From NCBI GenBank assembly GCA_038062735.1, contig JBBTWN010000002.1:1-58663 (forward strand): a stretch of DNA of 58,663 bases, given 5' to 3'. The notes below the pieces were generated by a model that was given only the letters and a program-made list of their open reading frames with translations, did no database searches and was not told the origin of the DNA. Origin of the DNA: Patescibacteria group bacterium. GTDB lineage: Bacteria > Patescibacteriota > Minisyncoccia > Phycocordibacterales > Phycocordibacteraceae. How positions within the stretch are numbered: the first letter of the stretch is position 1; the number at the start of each line of letters is the position of its first letter. Shown here piece after piece: positions 17,078 through 24,712 of this stretch. Made by a program: the position numbers and the translations under genes.

Positions 17078-18403
17078 ATGTTTCCACAACGAAGTTCAGG
17101 TTCATCAGGCGGCTTTAGGCGTTCTGGTCCTCCGCGAAGAGCGCCATATGGTGCAGCGAGACCAGGCGTACCTACTGGTCGTCCGGGCGGCCGCCCAGTA
17201 TTTAGACGAAAACCTTTTTCTGGTGGTGGTCGTTCGCGCCCCGGTGGCTTTAGCGGAAATCGTGGTGGCGCGCCACGCGGACCTCGCTTTGGAAAGTATA
17301 TAGATCCTGCGCTCTTTGTAAACAGAGCGACCATCACTGAAGAGATACCCGAGTTTAAACCCGAGCACGCATTCACCGATTTCAACATCCAGCCCGAGCT
17401 TAAAGCAAACATCGTTAAAAAGGGCTACGTGCTTCCAACGCCCATCCAGGATCGCGCCATTCCACACGTACTTCAGGGCGTCGACGTCGTGGGTATCGCA
17501 AACACCGGCACGGGGAAGACCGCCGCATTTTTAATCCCCCTCATCAACAAGATGATACAAAATCGCGACGAGCAGGCGCTCGTCATGGTGCCGACGCGCG
17601 AACTCGCGCTCCAGATTAACGAAGAGTTTCGCGCGCTCACTCCCGGCCTTCGCCTCTTTTCAGCATCGTTTGTTGGGGGCACGTCTGTCTACCGCGATGT
17701 GCAAAAGGCGCGTCAGCATAACCACCTCATCATCGGCACACCAGGACGTCTTAAAGATTTGTTAGAGCGGAAGGCACTGAACATCACCCACGTTCGCTCG
17801 GTCGTTCTCGACGAGGCAGACCGTATGCTCGACATGGGTTTCATCCACGACATGCGCACCATGCTCGGTTCCATGCCGAAGGACAAGCAGGGCCTCTTTT
17901 TCTCAGCGACGTTGACGCGTGACATTCAAGCGCTCATCTCAGACTTTCTCCGCTCTCCCGTCACGATCTCGGTGAAGACACAGGATACCGCAGACTCCAT
18001 CGATCAGGATGTCGTCAAACTTTCACCGCAGGACAGCAAAATCGATAAACTCACAGAACTCCTTGCGCAGCCAGGTTTTGACAAAGTATTAGTGTTTGGT
18101 CAAACAAAGCACGGCGTCGAAAAGCTAGCGATTGAGCTGTCACGTCGCGGCATCCGCGCAGAATCAATACACGGAAACAAAACGCACGGCAAGCGTCAGA
18201 ATGCGTTGCGTATGTTTAAAGACTCACACGTACAGGTTTTAATTGCGACTGACGTTGCTGCCCGCGGCCTCGATATCGCCGGCGTCTCACACGTGATCAA
18301 CTTTGATATCCCAGCGACCTACGAGGACTACGTCCACCGTATCGGCCGCACCGGTCGCGCCGGGAAAAAGGGCAAGGCGCTCACCTTCGTTGTGGTACGA
18401 TAG
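17078..18403 (+). CDS. DEAD-box ATP-dependent RNA helicase with an N-terminal Arg/Gly-rich extension
   Basis: Q-motif 'FTDFNIQPEL...PTPIQ', motif I 'ANTGTGKT', 'PTRELA', DEAD 'VLDEADRML', 'SAT', 'HGN...R', 'ATDVAARGLD', 'HRIGRTGRAG'. I prefer ATG 17078 (MFPQRSSG...) over the track's TTG at 17012. Confidence 0.9.
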   Translation: MFPQRSSGSSGGFRRSGPPRRAPYGAARPGVPTGRPGGRPVFRRKPFSGGGRSRPGGFSGNRGGAPRGPRFGKYIDPALFVNRATITEEIPEFKPEHAFTDFNIQPELKANIVKKGYVLPTPIQDRAIPHVLQGVDVVGIANTGTGKTAAFLIPLINKMIQNRDEQALVMVPTRELALQINEEFRALTPGLRLFSASFVGGTSVYRDVQKARQHNHLIIGTPGRLKDLLERKALNITHVRSVVLDEADRMLDMGFIHDMRTMLGSMPKDKQGLFFSATLTRDIQALISDFLRSPVTISVKTQDTADSIDQDVVKLSPQDSKIDKLTELLAQPGFDKVLVFGQTKHGVEKLAIELSRRGIRAESIHGNKTHGKRQNALRMFKDSHVQVLIATDVAARGLDIAGVSHVINFDIPATYEDYVHRIGRTGRAGKKGKALTFVVVR

Positions 18404-18429
18404 AGGTATTATCCTTACAACGTTTACAT

Positions 18430-19005
18430 ATGAATAATTCTCAAATTATTGGTGTAGTTGTTGTCGCACTCATCGTTATTGGCGGCGGCTACTATCTCAT
18501 GACCGGCGGCACCGTCGGCGATTCAATGATGACTCAGGATGAAGCAGAGGGAAAGATGATGTCAGGCGCCTTTACCGGTTCGTGGAAGGAGCTCGCCCTG
18601 CGTGGCGGAAATTACGTCTGTGATATTAATCAATCCGCGATGAATACCGATACAACGGGTACCATCTATGTTATGGGTAACAAACTCCGCGGCGAGTTCA
18701 TGACACAGTCGGCGACGGGTATCGACACGAGCTACATGCTCAAAGACGCTGATACGATTTACATCTGGTCGTCGGCGATGCCACAGGGGATTATTATGAA
18801 AGCGTCTGCGATCGAGGGGTCAGGCGCAGAATCAACGTCAGCACAAATCGAAAATCAGAATCTCGCCTACGACTGGAGTTGTCGCGCGACGGGCTCAGAC
18901 AGCGCGCTCTTTATGAAGCCAGCAGATGTTGAGTTTGTTGACATGGAGCTGATGATGCAGGGCAGTATGCAGGGGCAGATACCTCCCGGCATGATGGGGA
19001 ATTAG
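18430..19005 (+). CDS. Membrane-anchored extracytoplasmic protein of unknown function, Met-rich
   Basis: Anchor 'IIGVVVVALIVIGGGYYL' is nearly identical in pattern to the anchor of 19617..20132. Met-rich ends (DSMMTQDEAEGKMMSG; ELMMQGSMQGQIPPGMMGN). Confidence 0.45.
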   Translation: MNNSQIIGVVVVALIVIGGGYYLMTGGTVGDSMMTQDEAEGKMMSGAFTGSWKELALRGGNYVCDINQSAMNTDTTGTIYVMGNKLRGEFMTQSATGIDTSYMLKDADTIYIWSSAMPQGIIMKASAIEGSGAESTSAQIENQNLAYDWSCRATGSDSALFMKPADVEFVDMELMMQGSMQGQIPPGMMGN

Positions 19006-19013
19006 TTTTTTGC

Positions 19014-19019
19014 TATAGT
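19014..19019 (+). promoter_or_regulatory. -10 box TATAGT (TGc-extended) 6 nt upstream of GTG 19026
   Basis: tgctatagt-cagtag-GTG read directly. Confidence 0.5.
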
Positions 19020-19025
19020 CAGTAG

Positions 19026-19220
19026 GTGGTAAAAAATAAGGTAGAAAAGTATCGTCTTGATGCAGGGTTCACGCAGGTTGCGCTTGCGGACAAGGTGGGC
19101 GTGACGCGTCAGACTGTTATCGCTATAGAAAAAGGTGACTACACCCCGTCGGTAGCGCTCGCCTTGCGGCTCGCGAAGGTCTTTAAAACCTCGGTTGAGG
19201 ATTTATTTGCGTTATGCTAA
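19026..19220 (+). CDS. XRE/Cro-family helix-turn-helix transcriptional regulator (64 aa)
   Basis: 'YRLDAGFTQVALADKVGVTRQTVIAIEKGDYTPSVALALRLAKVFKTSVEDLF' is the canonical HTH_3 pattern. Confidence 0.8.
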   Translation: MVKNKVEKYRLDAGFTQVALADKVGVTRQTVIAIEKGDYTPSVALALRLAKVFKTSVEDLFALC

Positions 19221-19224
19221 CTCT

Positions 19225-19575
19225 ATGAACGATCTCACCCAGAACATCATTGCATCGCTCGCCCTCGTCATAGCGCTCATATTTTTATGGAACCCATTCG
19301 ACTTTTGGATGCCGTCAGAGTTTCAAATAGTGGTCGCTGGTGCCGTCGCCGTACTCGCTGCGGTATTTGTCGGGCTTGTGTTTAAGGACGAAGGGCGTGA
19401 TGAGCGCGAGGTGGCGCTCCGGGGCACGTCAGCTCGCGTTGGGTACATCGCGGGAGTTGCGGTCCTCACGCTGTGTGTGGTGGTCGCTCTGGTACTCGGC
19501 GAGCAGGTGAACCTGTGGGTCTTGGGTGCACTTGCTGCTATGATACTCACTCGTGTTATACACAGAGCAATGTAA
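19225..19575 (+). CDS. Small multi-TM membrane protein paired with the XRE regulator
   Basis: ATG 19225 is 5 nt after the XRE stop. There are three or four hydrophobic helices (IIASLALVIALIFLW; VVAGAVAVLAAVFVGLVF; IAGVAVLTLCVVVALVLG; VLGALAAMILT). Confidence 0.55.
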   Translation: MNDLTQNIIASLALVIALIFLWNPFDFWMPSEFQIVVAGAVAVLAAVFVGLVFKDEGRDEREVALRGTSARVGYIAGVAVLTLCVVVALVLGEQVNLWVLGALAAMILTRVIHRAM

Positions 19576-19604
19576 AGGGTACTTTACATTCTTTTTAGAC
19601 CGAG

Positions 19605-19610
19605 TACACT
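19605..19610 (+). promoter_or_regulatory. -10 box TACACT 6 nt upstream of ATG 19617
   Basis: tacact-gatcgt-ATG read directly. Confidence 0.5.
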
Positions 19611-19616
19611 GATCGT

Positions 19617-20132
19617 ATGAATACAACAAGCATTATCGCGGTTATCGCGCTGTTCGTTATTATTGGTGGTGGTATTTATTACAACACGATGACCCCAGCC
19701 TCAGAGGTCATGATGGAAAAGGGGGGCGCCATGATGGACGAGGGCGAAAAGATGATGGAGAAGGGAGACGACATGGTGGACGAGGGCGAAATGATGAAGA
19801 AAGAGGGTGAGGCGATGATGTCAGTCGGGAGTTATGAGGCGTATGCACCAGAGAAACTTGCAAAAGCTACAGAAGGCGACGTGGTACTCTTCTTTCGTGC
19901 TTCGTGGTGTCCGACGTGTCGTGCACTTGATACTGACATACGAGCACACCTCAAGGATATCCCCGCAGGAGTCACTATTCTTGATGTAGACTATGATACT
20001 TCGACAGAGCTCAAGAAGAAGTACGGCGTTACCTATCAGCACACGTTCGTGCAGGTCGATGCAGAGGGAAATCAGATTACCAAATGGTCGGGCTCTCCGA
20101 CTCTCGCTTCCTTTCTGGCGAACATTAAATAA
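19617..20132 (+). CDS. Membrane-anchored thioredoxin-family protein (WCPTC) with a Met/Glu-rich heptad-like linker
   Basis: Anchor IIAVIALFVIIGGGIYY. Linker 'MMEKGGA MMDEGEK MMEKGDD MVDEGE MMKKEGEA MM'. Thioredoxin core 'VVLFFRASWCPTCRALD...GVTYQHTFVQVD'. Confidence 0.75.
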   Translation: MNTTSIIAVIALFVIIGGGIYYNTMTPASEVMMEKGGAMMDEGEKMMEKGDDMVDEGEMMKKEGEAMMSVGSYEAYAPEKLAKATEGDVVLFFRASWCPTCRALDTDIRAHLKDIPAGVTILDVDYDTSTELKKKYGVTYQHTFVQVDAEGNQITKWSGSPTLASFLANIK

Positions 20133-21794
20133 ATGACGTTTCTCGTTATTTCGTTTATTGCGGGAGTCCTCACGGTTTTGGCGCCGTGTATACTCCCGCT
20201 TCTGCCGGTGGTCATCGGCTCGTCCTTAAGTGGTCGGAGCTGGTGGACGCCGTACATTGTGGTGGGCTCCTTGGCCGCATCGGTCATTGTCTTTACCTTT
20301 GTATTGAAGGTTTCGACCGCGTTTATTACGATACCGCCCGAGGTGTGGTCGTACCTATCAGCTGTCATCGTGATATTTTTTGGCGTCACACTTGCGTTTC
20401 CTGGGCTTTGGGAGCGTATTCCTGGCATGGCTCGACTTTCAACGCGTTCAAACAAACTCGTAGGGAGTGGCTATCAAAAGAAGAGCGTCTGGGGTGACAT
20501 CATCATTGGTGCCGCGCTCGGCCCCGTTTTTTCTACCTGCTCGCCGACCTACTTTGTGATCCTCGCGTCGGTTCTCCCAGCGAGCTTTTTCTTAGGGACG
20601 GCATATCTCCTCGCGTATGTGCTCGGCCTTTCGCTCATGTTACTTTTGATTGCAGTCCTCGGTGAGCGATTTGTCGGTAGGCTTAACATGTTTGCAAATC
20701 CCCACTCGTGGTTTAAGCGGGGACTGGGCGTATTGTTTATTCTCGTGGGGCTTTTCATTGCGTTTGGGTTTGATAAAAAATTGCAGACCGCGATACTCGA
20801 CGCCGGTTTTTTTGATGTGACAAAGATAGAAGAGATGCTTCTTATGGATGACGCAGAGGTGGACACTTTTCGCTATCGAGAAATTGTAAGGCCATCTGGC
20901 TTTGTGAACACGGACGGTGCACCGGTGACGATCGGTCAGTACGTGGGGAACAAGGTGATACTCCTCGACATTATGACCTATAGCTGCATTAACTGTCAGC
21001 GCACCTTTCCGTTCGTGACCAAGTGGTACGAGGAGTACAAGAACGACGGGTTTATCGTCATCGGCATCCATACACCAGAATTTGCATTTGAAAAAGATAT
21101 TGCTAACGTGGCTGCTGCGATGCAAAAGTTTGGTATCACCTACCCCGTAGTGCTTGATAACGACTATGCGACATGGAATGCGTACGGTAATCAGTACTGG
21201 CCGCGAAAATATCTCATCGATATTCACGGCAACGTCGTCTACGACCACATTGGCGAAGGTGGCTACGAGGAGACCGAGAATAAAATAGTAGAACTCTTAA
21301 ACGAGCGCAAGCGTGTACTCAATGAAGAGGGTACGGTCGAAATGGCTGGTTCAGTACCCCTTGAAGCGGTGATGGTCGATTTTGAAAAAGTGCGCACTCG
21401 CGAGACCTACCTTGGCTCGGCGCGAAGCGAGTTTCAAAAAAATGCACCACAGTCGTGTACAAACGGCGTGTGTACCTACCAGTTCACCAAGCAGAGTGAG
21501 TTTCGCGGCTACGAGCTCTCGGGCGCATGGCAGATTTTGCCCGAGTCGGCGCACCTCGCGGGCCCTGGGTCCATTCGCATCAACTTTGAGGCGAGCGTAG
21601 TCAACCTGGTCGCGGGAGCTGACACATCCGTTCGCGCCCGCATTCTCATCGACGACGTCATCCAGGGTGAAATCACTATAGAGGCGCATACGCTCTATAA
21701 GCTCGTCGATCTCAAGGGAGAGTATGGCTCGCATATGCTTGAAATCCAGTTTTTGGACCCAGGCGTTGACGCCTACGCCTTCACGTTCGGTTAA
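20133..21794 (+). CDS. DipZ-like fusion: CcdA/DsbD-type transmembrane reductant transporter + thioredoxin-like (redoxin) domain + C-terminal beta domain
   Basis: CcdA-type N-terminus 'FIAGVLTVLAPCILPLLPVVIG' and a second Cys in 'GPVFSTCSPTY'. Redoxin block 'KVILLDIMTYSCINCQRTFP...VIGIHTPEFAFEKD...YPVVLDNDY..W..Y.NQYWPRKYLID'. Starts 1 nt after the stop of the thioredoxin gene. Confidence 0.75.
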   Translation: MTFLVISFIAGVLTVLAPCILPLLPVVIGSSLSGRSWWTPYIVVGSLAASVIVFTFVLKVSTAFITIPPEVWSYLSAVIVIFFGVTLAFPGLWERIPGMARLSTRSNKLVGSGYQKKSVWGDIIIGAALGPVFSTCSPTYFVILASVLPASFFLGTAYLLAYVLGLSLMLLLIAVLGERFVGRLNMFANPHSWFKRGLGVLFILVGLFIAFGFDKKLQTAILDAGFFDVTKIEEMLLMDDAEVDTFRYREIVRPSGFVNTDGAPVTIGQYVGNKVILLDIMTYSCINCQRTFPFVTKWYEEYKNDGFIVIGIHTPEFAFEKDIANVAAAMQKFGITYPVVLDNDYATWNAYGNQYWPRKYLIDIHGNVVYDHIGEGGYEETENKIVELLNERKRVLNEEGTVEMAGSVPLEAVMVDFEKVRTRETYLGSARSEFQKNAPQSCTNGVCTYQFTKQSEFRGYELSGAWQILPESAHLAGPGSIRINFEASVVNLVAGADTSVRARILIDDVIQGEITIEAHTLYKLVDLKGEYGSHMLEIQFLDPGVDAYAFTFG

Positions 21795-21816
21795 TGTTCT
21801 CGGAGGGGGTTTGCGG

Positions 21817-21822
21817 TATAAT
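21817..21822 (+). promoter_or_regulatory. -10 box TATAAT 6 nt upstream of ATG 21829
   Basis: ggtataat-acctta-ATG read directly. Confidence 0.5.
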
Positions 21823-21828
21823 ACCTTA

Positions 21829-22278
21829 ATGGGTAAATATGCATGGGCATTAATGGGTCTCGGTATTATTCTAATTGGTATAGCATTATTTCTTATTTAT
21901 TCGTCCTTTCAGGCTGTCCAGGAAGGAGTAACATACGAGAACGCAAACGCAGACGATATCACGATTGAACTCCCATTTCCGGGGGCTACCGTTGGACACA
22001 CTTTCAGCGTCTTGGGGGCAGCGCGTGGTCGGTGGTTTACGAACGGTTCGTTCCCGGTCGTGGTGTTAAGCCCTGCGGGGGACGTAGTTGGGGGGAGTGG
22101 CGCAGCAACCAATCCGCCGGGCGGCGACTGGATGACAGACGAATTTGTGAACTACAAAACAACGATTGTCCTGCCCGACACGTTTAAAGGTCCAGCGACG
22201 TTAGTCTTAAAAAAAGATAACCTCTCTGGTCTCGCGAGAAACGACGGTTCTATAAGTATCCAGATCACGGTACAATAA
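21829..22278 (+). CDS. Membrane-anchored Gmad2-type Ig-like domain protein, paralogue 1
   Basis: 'ITIELPFPGATVGHTFSVLGAARGRWFTNGSFPVVVL...DWMTDEFVNYKTTIVLP..FKGPATLVLKKDN' fits the Gmad2 pattern. The start is taken at MGKYAWAL.., not the track's 21724. Confidence 0.6.
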   Translation: MGKYAWALMGLGIILIGIALFLIYSSFQAVQEGVTYENANADDITIELPFPGATVGHTFSVLGAARGRWFTNGSFPVVVLSPAGDVVGGSGAATNPPGGDWMTDEFVNYKTTIVLPDTFKGPATLVLKKDNLSGLARNDGSISIQITVQ

Positions 22279-22285
22279 AACCATC

Positions 22286-22771
22286 ATGAAAAAAACAATC
22301 TGGCTTGGTATCGGGATACTCGTTGTCGCGGGTCTCGTGTACGCGGTAGTCGCCGTGCCTCAAGCCGAGGCACCAACTGGCGATCTCCCCATCATCGACG
22401 GATCACAGGTCGGTCAGCCTGAGTATGAAAACAGCTCGCCCGACGACATTGTCGTGACGCTCCCATTTCCGGGCGCGGTCACCGGTAAAGATTTTTCTGT
22501 TCGTGGCCGTGCGCGCGGTACGTGGTTTTTTGAGGCCAGCTTTCCCGTGTTCTTGATCGATGAGGAGGGTAACCAACTCGCGGTTGCACTCGCGAGCCCC
22601 GAGCCTCCCGGCACCGAGTGGATGACAAGCGAGTTTATTGGTTTTAAAGCTGATATGGTGGTGCCTGCCGACTTTACGGGTCCTGCGCTACTAATACTCC
22701 AAAACGATAATCCATCAGGCCTGCCGGAAAATCAAAAGACGGTGAGCTTTCCGATAATCATCGAATACTAG
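22286..22771 (+). CDS. Membrane-anchored Gmad2-type Ig-like domain protein, paralogue 2
   Basis: 'IVVTLPFPGAVTGKDFSVRGRARGTWFFEASFPVFLI...EWMTSEFIGFKADMVVP..FTGPALLILQNDN' is collinear with 21829..22278. Confidence 0.6.
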   Translation: MKKTIWLGIGILVVAGLVYAVVAVPQAEAPTGDLPIIDGSQVGQPEYENSSPDDIVVTLPFPGAVTGKDFSVRGRARGTWFFEASFPVFLIDEEGNQLAVALASPEPPGTEWMTSEFIGFKADMVVPADFTGPALLILQNDNPSGLPENQKTVSFPIIIEY

Positions 22772-22772
22772 T

Positions 22773-23027
22773 ATGCTGACGAACGCAGTCCCCCTAGAAC
22801 AGCTTGCAATCTATTTAGGCCTCGATGCCTGGATGGTCGTGGTGCTCATCGTTGTGCTCGCGCTCTGGTCTGTTGTGTGGAAGGGGTGGGCGATGTGGCT
22901 CGCTGCGCGCCGTACTGAAAAAGTGTGGTTTATACTTCTCCTCATCATCAACACCGCCGGCATTCTTGAAATCATCTACATCTTCCTCATCGCTAAACGA
23001 AACGATTTGCAAAAACTGAGTTCGTGA
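22773..23027 (+). CDS. DUF5652-like small membrane protein
   Basis: 'LWSVVWKGWAMWLAARRTEKVWFILLLIINTAGILEIIYIFLI' matches my recollection of the DUF5652 signature (W.A.r...WF...L..NT.GILE..Y). Confidence 0.6.
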   Translation: MLTNAVPLEQLAIYLGLDAWMVVVLIVVLALWSVVWKGWAMWLAARRTEKVWFILLLIINTAGILEIIYIFLIAKRNDLQKLSS

Positions 23028-23028
23028 G

Positions 23029-23139
23029 ATGAAAGGGACACTCACCATTTGTTCGCGTGGCCACAAATTCTTTAAATCAAAGGACCGACCGGTCTGTCCT
23101 CAGTGCTGGCCCGGCCGCTATAAAAAAGCTTCAAAAGCA
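23029..23139 (+). CDS. Small (36 aa) putative zinc-ribbon protein, absent from the ORF track
   Basis: ATG 23029 is 1 nt after the upstream stop, and its TGA overlaps the ATG of the SDR gene (gcATGA). Translation: MKGTLTICSRGHKFFKSKDRPVCPQCWPGRYKKASKA, with a C-x2-H ... C-x2-C arrangement. Confidence 0.4.
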
Positions 23140-23816
23140 TGAATAAAGTAGTGGTGATAACTGGCGGGAGCAAGGGCATAGGTAAGGCGCTCGCGGTAGC
23201 GTTCATTGTAAAAGGCGCACAGGTTGTTATCAGTAGTCGAAGCAAAGTAGAACTCGATGCTGCCGCGAAAGAGATTGGTGCGACGCCATTTGTCGCTGAT
23301 GTGACGAAATCTGGGGACGTCGCCGCGCTCGCCGCTTTTACCGTTAAAACATTTGACCGCATTGATATCTGGATTAACAACGCCGGCGTGTGGATGCCAC
23401 ACTCGCCACTTCAAAATCTCGACCTCGAGCGCGTGCGACAGATGTTCGACATCAATGTGTTTGGCCTCATGTACGGCACCAAAGTCGCGCTCATTGAAAT
23501 GCAAAAACAGGGGAGTGGAACCATAATAAACATCAGTTCAACGAGCGGACTTTCAGGTAAACCAAACTCGTCAGGCTATGCATCGAGTAAGTGGGCAGTT
23601 CGCGGCTTCACCGACTCCATTCGCGAGGAGTGCAAGGGCACAAACATAAAGATCTTAACCGTTTACCCGGGCGGGACAAAGACTAATCTTTTTGACGAGG
23701 CACCGCGCGCAGACTACAAAGATTTTATGACTCCAGAATCTGTCGCTGAAAAAATCGTCATCAACCTCGAGCTCCCCAATCCCGAGCCAGAGCTCATAAT
23801 CAATCGCCCCAAATGA
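23139..23816 (+). CDS. Short-chain dehydrogenase/reductase (classical SDR)
   Basis: 'VVVITGGSKGIGKA' (TGxxxGxG), 'NNAG', catalytic 'SGYASSKWAV' (YxxxK), and 'PGGTKT'. Confidence 0.85.
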   Translation: MNKVVVITGGSKGIGKALAVAFIVKGAQVVISSRSKVELDAAAKEIGATPFVADVTKSGDVAALAAFTVKTFDRIDIWINNAGVWMPHSPLQNLDLERVRQMFDINVFGLMYGTKVALIEMQKQGSGTIINISSTSGLSGKPNSSGYASSKWAVRGFTDSIREECKGTNIKILTVYPGGTKTNLFDEAPRADYKDFMTPESVAEKIVINLELPNPEPELIINRPK

Positions 23817-24184
23817 AAAAAGTACATGGCTCATCAGAGACTTCGACTGCGCCGCTCTCTGCGGCGGTAGAAGCAAATGGTTTAGTCTTTGTGTCAGGCC
23901 AGATACACGCAGACAAAGAGTGGAATCTAGTAGGTACAACCATTGAAGATCGATTTACGGCTGCGATGGCTAGCATCGAACGCATTCTCGCCGAGGCTGG
24001 TTTGTCGCGAGGGGATATAGTCCACGTTCGTCTTTACCTGACTGATCTGTCAGAGCTCCCAGCTTTGAACGACGTATACAAAGCCAGTTTTACCCACCCG
24101 CTCCCAGCGCGCACCGCCGTCGGCGTCGCCCGCCTCCCCTTGGGCGCGAGCTTAGAGATTGAAGTAACCGCCGCCCGCCCATGA
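23813..24184 (+). CDS. RidA/YjgF/TdcF-family (endoribonuclease L-PSP fold) protein
   Basis: 'AVEANGLVFVSGQI........IVHVRLYLTDL.....N.VY...F....PARTAVGVARLPLGASLEIEV' is the typical RidA layout. ATGA overlaps on both sides. Confidence 0.8.
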   Translation: MKKVHGSSETSTAPLSAAVEANGLVFVSGQIHADKEWNLVGTTIEDRFTAAMASIERILAEAGLSRGDIVHVRLYLTDLSELPALNDVYKASFTHPLPARTAVGVARLPLGASLEIEVTAARP

Positions 24185-24600
24185 TCCGCGGTTACACCGA
24201 CGTCGACTATGATCAGGTGAAAGCTCTGTACGAGCAGACGCAGCTGTTCGGCGGGCAGTTTGATGAAAATCGTGACTCCCGCGATAGACTCCGCGTACAG
24301 AGTACGGCTGACGCAGAATCCATTCTTGTCTCAGAAGTCGACAACAAAATCGTCGGCACCATTTCTCTAATTGTCGATCAGCGTGTCGCATGGCTCTTTC
24401 GCTTCGCAGTCGTTCAGGGCGAGCATGAGGCAGAAGTCACTAAAGAGCTCTATGACAGAGCGGTCACAACCCTAAAGGCTCGCGGGCATAACCAAGTTCT
24501 CGTCTATTCGCCAGTAGAGGACCCGCCCCTCGACGCTCGCTACGCCACCCTCGGTTTTTCCAAAGGCACCGATTTTACATGTTTTTGGAGAGATATTTAG
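24181..24600 (+). CDS. GNAT-like N-acetyltransferase (divergent)
   Basis: Size and pattern fit ('IVGTISLIVDQRVAWLFRFAV...ELYDRAVTTLKARGHNQVLVY...YATLGF'), but the Q/RxxGxG/A acetyl-CoA loop is not canonical. Confidence 0.5.
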   Translation: MIRGYTDVDYDQVKALYEQTQLFGGQFDENRDSRDRLRVQSTADAESILVSEVDNKIVGTISLIVDQRVAWLFRFAVVQGEHEAEVTKELYDRAVTTLKARGHNQVLVYSPVEDPPLDARYATLGFSKGTDFTCFWRDI

Positions 24601-24712
24601 TCTCCTAGTTTTTATTTTTAGAAGGAGTAGAATGAGTTCGTACTCGTCATAAACAAGACTTACTGTGGCCTGGACCCGTTTGGACCTTTAAGAAGAGATC
24701 AATCGCACTGCT

